Part shown: positions 55,838-63,485 of the stretch, one piece after another
Numbering within the stretch: the stretch's first letter is position 1
Layout of the letters: each line of letters opens with the position of its first letter
NCBI GenBank assembly: GCA_963750045.1
Contig: CAVVPD010000002.1
Span: 423,257-487,256 of the forward strand
DNA from: an uncultured Actinomycetes bacterium
Lineage (GTDB): Bacteria > Actinomycetota > Acidimicrobiia > IMCC26256 > DASPTH01
Direction of reading: 5' to 3'
Length of the DNA: 64,000 nt
The notes under the pieces: model-generated
What the model was told of the DNA's origin: nothing
Databases searched by the model: none
What the model saw: the letters and a program-made list of their open reading frames with translations, nothing else
Position numbers and translations under genes: made by a program

Positions 55838-57275
55838 TCAGCTTCGCGCACTCGGCTCGGGCTCGCGTGCCTGGAGGGCCCAAGCGACGTGCCGGTAGTC
55901 GAGATCGTTCTGGTCCGCGTAGGCGCGGCTGAACTCGGCGATCGCACGATCGAACGCGTCGCCCGCACCCAGGTACGAGGCGATGGCAATCCGGTCGCCC
56001 GACCGGGCGTGGCCCCGCGCCAACGTCCAGCCGCACATCTCCGCATAGATCCCCAGGATCGCGGGTGACATCGCCTCGATGTCGGCGGAGAGCTTCCAGT
56101 CCCACAGCTGGCGGACGTAGAAGTCACGTTCGACGTCGTCGACGCCCTTCGTGCGGATCCACCCGAGCAGGATGTCGCTCGACGCCTGCAGGAGCCGCTG
56201 GCCCTCGACGACGCGTTGACCGTGGTTGGCGAAGCCGCTGCGGCCCGCGTGGGCTTCGAGCACCGAAGCCTCCGCCTCCTTGATCTGCAGGAAGAGTGGA
56301 TCGGCGTCGTCGCGCCCGAGGAACAGCGCGATCCAGCACCGGGTCCCGACGCTCCCCACCCCGACCACCTTCCTGGCGAAGTCCACCAGCCGGTAACTCT
56401 CGAGGAGGCGCCGACGGTCGGGCTGCAGGGTGCGGCGGTAGACGCGGAACCGGTCCTCCAACCACGCTCGCAACTCCCGGGCGTCGTCGTCGGACATGAG
56501 GTCGATGATCGGGACCACGACGGGCGGGTCCGCCTTGATCCGGTACTCACCGTCGACGAGCTCCGTGAGCTTGTTGAAGGCCTTCATGTTGTCTTTCGAC
56601 TGCGCCTTCGCCACGTTGCGGTCGAAGCGCTTGACGTCGGCCGGGCTCGCGCCCGCTCGGAATCGCTCCACGAAGCCGGCGACGTCGAGGCGGGCGTACC
56701 ACACGTCGAGGTTGGTGGCGGCCGCGAACGACGCCATCGCCTCACGGTAGGCACACGCCGCGCGTCGGACGACGCCGCGGGTCTCCTTCCCCGTGAACTC
56801 GCTCGCAGCGCGCCGCGATCTCGAAGCTCGCGCCCAGACGCTTGACGTCCCACTCGAATGGGCCCGGGTGGCTCTCGTCGAAGTCGTTGATGTCGAACAC
56901 CAGGGCGCGTTCGGGTGAGGCGAAGCCACCGAAGTTGGACAGGTGGGCGTCGCCGCAGGCCTGGACCCGCAGGCCCGTGTCGGGAGTTGCGCCGAGATCG
57001 GCGGCCATGACGACCGCCGCGCCGCGGTAGAAGGTGAACGGCGACACCAGCATCCGCTCGTGACGCAACGGCACGAGGTCTGGGACCCTGGTCGTCTCCT
57101 GCTTCAGCAGCAGGTCGGCAGGATCCGGTCGGTTCGGAGCCGGTTCCCACCCGGTGTGCGCCGAACGGGGCACCGCCGTGCGCGCCGCGCGACCGATCGC
57201 CGCCCGCTGGGCGGGGTCGAGGTGGACGACCGGCGTGGTCGAGCCGGACGTGGCTTCAGGTGCGGACACGGGCAT
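55838..57275 (-). pseudogene. DUF2252-family protein; frame break near 56807-56812
   Basis: The N-terminal piece (ORF 56742..57314) reads ..LVPLRHERMLVSPFTFYRGAAVVMAADL..CGDAHLSNFGGFASPERALVFDINDFDES..KRLGASFEIAAR. The frame of ORF 55838..56929 then continues (ASEFTGKETRG..VGVGSVGTRCWIALF..). Start is ATG 57275 or GTG 57314; length is 3n+1. Confidence 0.8.
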
Positions 57276-57371
57276 CGGACCTCGGATCGGGACACGGATT
57301 CGCGGGCGACCCACCGTAGCGAGTGGGTGGAGTGGAACACGGGCGCTCGCGTACGGGTATCGTTCCGCCCC

Positions 57372-58973
57372 GTGGCGGAGGCGGCGAGGGACCCCAGGGG
57401 CGAGCCCGACAGCGCACCGGATCGAGCACCGCTCGTCCTGATCGCGCTCATCCTCGTGGCGGCGGTGGCGAACCTGAACCTGGCGGTCGCCAACGTCGCG
57501 CTTCCCGACATCGGGAAGGCGTTCGACTCGTCGCAGACGACGCTCGACATGGTCGCGGTCGCCTACTCACTCGGGCTGGCGGCATCGGTGCTCTACCTGG
57601 GCGCGCTCGGCGATCGCCACGGCCGCAAGATGATGCTGATCCTCGGCACCGGGCTGTCGATCCCCGCGTGCATGCTCGCCGCCTGGGCCCCGACCGACGG
57701 GATCCTGGTCGTCGCCCGGTTGATCGGCGGGCTCTCGGCCGGCATGGCCTACCCGACCACGCTCGCGCTCATCACCGCGTTGTGGTCGGGCCAGCCACGG
57801 ACGCGCTCCATCGCCCTGTGGTCCGCGCTCGGAGGGGCGATCTCGGCACTCGGCCCCCTCACCGCCGGGTGGCTGCTCGGCCATTTCTGGTGGGGTTCGG
57901 TCTTCCTCGTGACGCTCCCACTCGCCGCGGTCGCGCTGTTCATGGCCCTGCGGTTCGTCCCCGGCCACGTGAACGAGGCGACGGACCCGGTCGACAACCT
58001 GGGCGGCATCCTGTCGGTCGTGATGGTCGCCGGACTGGTGCTGGCCATCAACTTCGCCCCGGTCCCCGACAAGGGCACGCTGGCGCTCGGTCTCGGGGCG
58101 ATCGCGGTCGCCGCCCTGATCGCCTTCGGCTTGCGCGAACGGTCGGCGCGGTTCCCGCTCTACGACCTCGCCGTCGCGCGCCGGCGGATCTTCTGGGTCG
58201 CCGCGGCCGCGGGCATCATCGTGTTCGGTTCCCTGATGGGCGCGATGTTCGTCGGCCAGCAATTCCTGCAGAACGTGCTCGGCTACTCACCGCTCGAGGC
58301 GGGCGCGTCGATCCTGCCCGCGGTCCTGCTCATGGTGGTGGCCGCGCCCCGCTCCGCGAAGCTCATCGAGACCCACGGTTCCCGCGTCACCCTCCTCGCC
58401 GGGTATTTCTTCTGCCTCCTCGGCTTCCTCACCATGCTGATCCTCTGGACGGACCACAGCCCCTACTGGCAGGTCGGGCTCGCCTACGCGTTGGTGGGCC
58501 TCGGAGTCGGCCTGGCCGGCACTCCCGCCTCCCACTCGCTCACCGGGTCCGTCCCGGTCCGACGGGCGGGCATGGCGTCGGCCACCGCCGATCTCCAGCG
58601 TGACCTCGGCGGAGCGATCATGCAGTCGATCCTCGGGGCGCTGCTCGCCGCGGGCTACGCGACCGCGTTCTCCAAGCAGATCGCCGCGTCACCGAACGCG
58701 AGCAACGTGAGCACCAGCGTCGAGGCGCAGCTCACGAAGTCGTTCTCCAGCGCGGCCAACACCGCCTCCCAGTACCCGCAGTACGCCAAGCAGATCACCG
58801 ACGCGGCGAAGACCTCGTTCGTCGACGGGGCGAACTGGGCCTATGCCGCGGGCATCATCGCCATCCTCCTGGGCGCCGCCCTGGTGTTCTTCCTGTTCCC
58901 GTCGCACGACGGCGAGCTGGAGCTCCTCGACGAGTACCACGCCGAAGACACCGCGATCGCCCCATCCGGGTGA
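57372..58973 (+). CDS. MFS transporter, DHA2 (14-TM drug/H+ antiporter) type
   Basis: Frame of ORF 56943..58973: ..LNLAVANVALPDIGKAF..GALGDRHGRKMML.., with about 14 hydrophobic segments. Start is taken at GTG 57372 (GTG 57327 is an alternative). Confidence 0.88.
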   Translation: MAEAARDPRGEPDSAPDRAPLVLIALILVAAVANLNLAVANVALPDIGKAFDSSQTTLDMVAVAYSLGLAASVLYLGALGDRHGRKMMLILGTGLSIPACMLAAWAPTDGILVVARLIGGLSAGMAYPTTLALITALWSGQPRTRSIALWSALGGAISALGPLTAGWLLGHFWWGSVFLVTLPLAAVALFMALRFVPGHVNEATDPVDNLGGILSVVMVAGLVLAINFAPVPDKGTLALGLGAIAVAALIAFGLRERSARFPLYDLAVARRRIFWVAAAAGIIVFGSLMGAMFVGQQFLQNVLGYSPLEAGASILPAVLLMVVAAPRSAKLIETHGSRVTLLAGYFFCLLGFLTMLILWTDHSPYWQVGLAYALVGLGVGLAGTPASHSLTGSVPVRRAGMASATADLQRDLGGAIMQSILGALLAAGYATAFSKQIAASPNASNVSTSVEAQLTKSFSSAANTASQYPQYAKQITDAAKTSFVDGANWAYAAGIIAILLGAALVFFLFPSHDGELELLDEYHAEDTAIAPSG

Positions 58974-59008
58974 TCTCGCACGAGCGCGTATTCAGTTAGG
59001 GTTCCGCC

Positions 59009-61357
59009 GTGGTGGGGTGGATTCGCGACACGAACGAGCGGGCCGAGCGACGCCCGACCGACATCGGATTGCTCGTGTTCGCGGCCGTCGCAACGCTCCT
59101 GGCCGGGATGTGGGCCCAGACCCGCTCCACCGTCGACGCGAACCTGTTCCACACCTTCAACGACCTGTCCGACAACCTCGTCGGGCTGGCCAAGTCGGTG
59201 TACACGCTGGGTTCGATCTGGGCGGTGCTCGCGGTCACGGTCGTGTTGCTCCTCCTACGCCAGACCCGCACCGCGTGGCACGGCGTGCTCGGGGGCGCGG
59301 GGGCGTGGGCCATCGCGCTGCTGCTCAACGAGATCCTGGGGACCCACTCGACGAGCGGCCTCGGTGTTCACGTGCGGATCGGCGACGGCCCGAGCTTCCC
59401 GGTCGCGAACGTCGCCGCCGTCACCGGGCTCGCGTTCGCGCTGGCCCCGTACCTGGTACGGCCTCTGCGGCGCGTCTTCGCGCTCGTCATCCTGCTCGTG
59501 TCGGTGGCGGCCATGTATCTCGGGGCCGGCTTCCCCGCCGACGTGCTCGGTGGCCTCGTGCTGGGATTCGCGGTGGCCGCGCTCGTGCGCGTGGTATTCG
59601 GCTCGCCGGGCGGGCGGCCGTCGATCGCGGAGGTGACGGCGGCACTCACCGACATGGGCTACGAGGTCACCCGGATCGATGACGCCGTCGAGCAGGTGCC
59701 ACGAGCATCGGTGATGGACGTCGTGTTCTCCACCGGCGAGCACGTGCGCGTCGACGCGTTCGGACGGGACCAGCGCGACACGCGGGTGGCGGCGAAGGCG
59801 TGGCACTCGTTGATGTACCACGATCCCGGGCTGCCCGTGTTCGGGAGCCGGATCCAGCAGGTCGAGCACATCGCGTACACGCTCATGCTCGCCGAGCGCG
59901 GCGCGGTCGACGCCGCACGGCTGGTGCGGACCGGGGTCGGCGGAGCGGACGCCGCGGTGCTCGTCACCACCCCGCCACCGGGCACGCCGATCGGCACGCT
60001 GGCGGTGGAACAGATCACCGCGACCGTGCTTGCCGACGCGTGGGCGCAGATCGATCGGCTGCACACGACCGGGATCGCGCACGGCAACCTCGACCGGACC
60101 CGCGTGCTCGTCGGCGACGACGGTCGCGTCGCGTTCGACGACTTCACCAGCGCGGACGCGACCGGCGACCAATACCGGTACGACCGCGACGACGCCGCGC
60201 TCCTCGTGTTGACCGCGCAGCTCGTGGGCGACGAACACGCCGTCGCGGAGGCGGTCGACGCGCTCGGCACCGAACGCATCGCCGAGGTGATCCCGGTGGT
60301 GCAGCCGGCCGCGCTCCCCGCCGGCCTGACCAAGGGAGTGAAGCACCAGGGCAAGGCGCTCAAGGAGTTGCGCGCCACCCTGGCCACCGCATGCGGCGTC
60401 GACGACGTCCCACCGCTGAAGATCAAGCGCCTGACCCTGGTCAACATCGGGATGCTCGCCGGCATCCTGTTCGCCCTCGCCATCGCGATTCCCAGCCTGG
60501 AGGGAGTCAACTGGGCATCGGTCCAGAGCGAGTTCGAGAATGCGGTCTGGGGTTGGGCCGTGCTGGCCCTGGTGCTCTACCCGTTGGTGCCGACCGCCTG
60601 GGCCACCGCGTTGCTCGGCTGTGTCAACCAGGACCTGCCGTTCGTGCCCACGGTGTTGACGCAGCTCGCCTGCACGTTCCTCAACCTGATCACGCCGAAC
60701 GGCATCGGTGGTACCGCCCTGCAGCTCGACTACCTGCACAAGCAGGGTGTCCCGGTGGCTTCGGGCGGGAGCGCCATGGTGCTGAGCACCGGCGTGGGCG
60801 GCGCGATCCAGATGGCACTCTTCCTGATCGCGGCCGCAATCACCGCGACCGCGGTCGACACCGGCAGCAGCTCGTCGTCGGGTTCAGGCACCACCACGCT
60901 GTGGGTGATCGTGATCGTCGCGGTGGTCGTCGGCATCGTCCTCGCGGTACCGAAGATCCGCGGGAAGGTCGTGCCCGCGGTGAAGCGCGCCGCTTCCGAC
61001 ATCTGGGCGGTGCTCCGCAACCCGCGCAAGGCGATGCAGCTCTTCGGCGGCGACCTCGCCGGCAACCTCATCTACCCCGCGCTGCTGGGGCTCTGCCTGC
61101 TGGCGTTCCACCAACATCTCGACTTCGCACAGCTCGTGGTCGTGCAGGTCGGTGCGGGCATGGTGGGCAACGTGGCACCGGTCCCCGGCGGGATCGGCGT
61201 CCAGGAGGCGGCACTGACCGCCGGTCTCACCGCGTTCGGCATCCCCGCCACCCCCGCGCTGGCGACCGTGCTCGTGTTCCGCGCCATCACCTTCGTGATC
61301 CCGCCGTTCTTCGGGTTCTTCACCCTGCGCTGGCTGCGGGCCAAGGGCTACGCGTAG
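59009..61357 (+). CDS. Three-module membrane protein: PAP2-like (degenerate) + protein-kinase-like (degenerate) + lysyl-PG-synthase-TM/flippase-like domain
   Basis: ORF 59009..61357 (782 aa). Residues 1-200 have PAP2 topology, but the motifs read NEILGTHS / SFPVAN / AAMYLGAGFPAD. Residues 230-430 are kinase-like with HGNLDRTR and FDDF. Residues 470-782 carry about 8 TM helices ending ..GGIGVQEAALTAGL.. Confidence 0.8.
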   Translation: MVGWIRDTNERAERRPTDIGLLVFAAVATLLAGMWAQTRSTVDANLFHTFNDLSDNLVGLAKSVYTLGSIWAVLAVTVVLLLLRQTRTAWHGVLGGAGAWAIALLLNEILGTHSTSGLGVHVRIGDGPSFPVANVAAVTGLAFALAPYLVRPLRRVFALVILLVSVAAMYLGAGFPADVLGGLVLGFAVAALVRVVFGSPGGRPSIAEVTAALTDMGYEVTRIDDAVEQVPRASVMDVVFSTGEHVRVDAFGRDQRDTRVAAKAWHSLMYHDPGLPVFGSRIQQVEHIAYTLMLAERGAVDAARLVRTGVGGADAAVLVTTPPPGTPIGTLAVEQITATVLADAWAQIDRLHTTGIAHGNLDRTRVLVGDDGRVAFDDFTSADATGDQYRYDRDDAALLVLTAQLVGDEHAVAEAVDALGTERIAEVIPVVQPAALPAGLTKGVKHQGKALKELRATLATACGVDDVPPLKIKRLTLVNIGMLAGILFALAIAIPSLEGVNWASVQSEFENAVWGWAVLALVLYPLVPTAWATALLGCVNQDLPFVPTVLTQLACTFLNLITPNGIGGTALQLDYLHKQGVPVASGGSAMVLSTGVGGAIQMALFLIAAAITATAVDTGSSSSSGSGTTTLWVIVIVAVVVGIVLAVPKIRGKVVPAVKRAASDIWAVLRNPRKAMQLFGGDLAGNLIYPALLGLCLLAFHQHLDFAQLVVVQVGAGMVGNVAPVPGGIGVQEAALTAGLTAFGIPATPALATVLVFRAITFVIPPFFGFFTLRWLRAKGYA

Positions 61358-61425
61358 GCGCGGTCCCGGATCCGAGGGTCGCGAGCCGCACCGGCAACCA
61401 GGCGAAGCGCCGCGAGACAGGCAGT

Positions 61426-62397
61426 ATGAGCCCACGCTCGCTCGGTAACCTCACGAAGATGCCCGAAGCGTGCTGCGGCCCGGGCCGCGACGACGACGAA
61501 CATCCGGTCGCCCACCTGACGACCATCGTGGCGGGCGAAGGTCCGATGCCGTCTTCACTCGTCGACATCCCCGCCTCGACGTTCCGGATGGGCGACGACT
61601 CCGTGTGGGCCTACCCGGGCGACGGCGAGGGCCCGGTGCACGAGGTCGAGCTGGACGCCTTCCGCATCGATCGGTTCGCGCTCACCAACGACGCGTTCGC
61701 GGCGTTCGTCGACGCGACCGGGTGGCGAACAGACGCCGAGAGCTTCGGATGGTCGTTCGTGTTCGGCGGCCTGCTTCCCGCGGACTTCCCCGATACGCGC
61801 GCGGTCGTGGGTGCCGAATGGTGGCGACAGGTCTACGACGCCGACTGGCGCCGACCCGAAGGACCACACTCCGACCTCGACGGACGCGGCGACCACCCGG
61901 TGGTGCACGTGTCGTGGAACGACGCCCAGGCATACTGCCGCTGGACCGGCACCCGCCTCCCGACCGAGGCCGAATGGGAACGAGCCGCCCGGGGTGGGCG
62001 GGCAGGCGCGGCGTTCCCCTGGGGCGACGATCTCGAGCCCGGCGGCGAACACCGCATGAACGTGTTCCAGGGGCAGTTCCCCGGAACCAACACCGGGGCC
62101 GACGGCTATCTCGCCACTGCTCCGGCCGACGCGTTCCCGCCGAACGGGTTCGGCCTCCACAACGTCACCGGCAACGTGTGGGAGTGGTGCCAGGATTGGC
62201 TCGACCTCGCGTACTACGCGTCGAGCCCCCCACGGAACCCCGGGGGGCCCATGGCCGGTACGTTGCGGGTCCAACGGGGCGGCTCGTACCTGTGCCACCT
62301 CTCGTACTGCCGTCGCTACCGGGTGTCGGCCCGATTCGGGAGCGAGCCGGCGAGCTCCACGGGGCACGCGGGGTTTCGCGTGGCGGCCGACCCCTAG
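61426..62397 (+). CDS. Formylglycine-generating enzyme (FGE/SUMF1) family
   Basis: ATG 61426 (or 61459): ..FRMGDD..GEGPVHEVELDAFRIDRFALTN..HPVVHVSWNDAQAYCRW..LPTEAEWERAARGG..GNVWEWCQDW..RGGSYLCHLSYCRRYRVSAR.. (catalytic Cys pair). Confidence 0.9.
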   Translation: MSPRSLGNLTKMPEACCGPGRDDDEHPVAHLTTIVAGEGPMPSSLVDIPASTFRMGDDSVWAYPGDGEGPVHEVELDAFRIDRFALTNDAFAAFVDATGWRTDAESFGWSFVFGGLLPADFPDTRAVVGAEWWRQVYDADWRRPEGPHSDLDGRGDHPVVHVSWNDAQAYCRWTGTRLPTEAEWERAARGGRAGAAFPWGDDLEPGGEHRMNVFQGQFPGTNTGADGYLATAPADAFPPNGFGLHNVTGNVWEWCQDWLDLAYYASSPPRNPGGPMAGTLRVQRGGSYLCHLSYCRRYRVSARFGSEPASSTGHAGFRVAADP

Positions 62398-62556
62398 AGT
62401 CGAGCACCGGTGCGCCGCGGGGATCCCCGAACTCCGAGCACAGGACCCCCGTCGTGACTGAACGTTCAGTTCATTCCTCGACGTCCACACACTCGAGCCG
62501 CAGCTCGCACTCGACCACGAGCCGGAACCGCCCGCGTCTGACCGTTCCCCTCGGCC

Positions 62557-63387
62557 TCAGCTCGAGGGGTCGATCACGAGCTCGGCGAGCATCTCCATCG
62601 ACCGCAACCAGCTGTCGATGTCGTTGCGCCACGGCGCGCTCACGATGTGCTGGATCCCGGCGACCTCGAAACCGTCGCGCTCGCGGCGGATCAGGTCGGC
62701 GTCCATCCCTTGCGGATCCCAGCCCGTCCGCAGCGAGATCGTGAACGACGGGTCGGGATGGTCGCGGCGGAGTCGCTCGACGACGGTGGTCGCGCTCGCG
62801 GGATCGAGCCCGATCGCGTGGAAGCCGTCGCCGCGCGACGCGGCACGCAGGTACGAGACCTCACTGCTCCCACCGATCCAGATCGGGATGTGGTGAGCGG
62901 GCTTCGGCAGCACCTTCATCTCGTCGAGGTGGACGTGGTCGCCGTCGAAGGTCACGGGGTCGGGGCCCCAGCACGCGCGCAAGGCGTCGATCATCTCGTC
63001 GGTGCGCCGGCCGCGGTCGTGGAACGACTGCCCGAGGGCGACGAACTCCGCTTCCGACCATCCCACCCCCACGCCCACGGTGAGGCGACCGTCCGAGAGC
63101 GCGTCGAGGCTCGCCAGCGAGTTGGCCATCGCGAGCGCGTTGTGCTGCGGGAGGACGAGCACGCTGGTGCCCAGCCCGACCCGTTCGGTGGCCGCCGCCG
63201 CCCAGGCGAGCGACAGCAACGGGTCGTACAGATACGGCGACGGGTAGTCCTGCGCTGCGGGGACGGCGACGTGGTCGCTCACCCAGACGTCCGCGAAGCC
63301 GAGATCCTCGGCCGCACGCGCGGCGCGGCGGATGGAGCCTGCGCCGGCGGCGCGCCCGAATTGCGGGAGGTGGATGCCGACCTGCAT
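62557..63387 (-). CDS. LLM-class (probably F420-dependent) oxidoreductase
   Basis: ATG 63387: MQVGIHLPQFGRAAG..LGFADVWVSDHV..GRLTVGVGVGWSEAEF.. This is the last 276 codons of ORF 62557..63621. Confidence 0.88.
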   Translation of the reverse strand: MQVGIHLPQFGRAAGAGSIRRAARAAEDLGFADVWVSDHVAVPAAQDYPSPYLYDPLLSLAWAAAATERVGLGTSVLVLPQHNALAMANSLASLDALSDGRLTVGVGVGWSEAEFVALGQSFHDRGRRTDEMIDALRACWGPDPVTFDGDHVHLDEMKVLPKPAHHIPIWIGGSSEVSYLRAASRGDGFHAIGLDPASATTVVERLRRDHPDPSFTISLRTGWDPQGMDADLIRRERDGFEVAGIQHIVSAPWRNDIDSWLRSMEMLAELVIDPSS

Positions 63388-63485
63388 GGACGGGACACTA
63401 CGAGACGGAGCGGCGCCGTGCCCGAGGGCCGCACGGGTGCGGCGGGATCGCGCGAGGGAGCCGCGGCACCGTAGGCTGCCCGCCC

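Noticed and set aside
319-56812. Programmed ribosomal frameshifting or phase-variable contingency loci as the explanation for the frame breaks
   Set aside because: There are no slippery heptamers or downstream structures. The affected genes are ordinary catabolic enzymes. The CG tracts are only 3-5 units long, shorter than typical phase-variation repeats.
59800-61425. Upstream part of the 865-codon ORF 59800..62397
   Set aside because: It is an alternative frame of the three-module membrane gene with Arg/Pro/Gly-rich composition. Only the FGE part from 61426 is credible.
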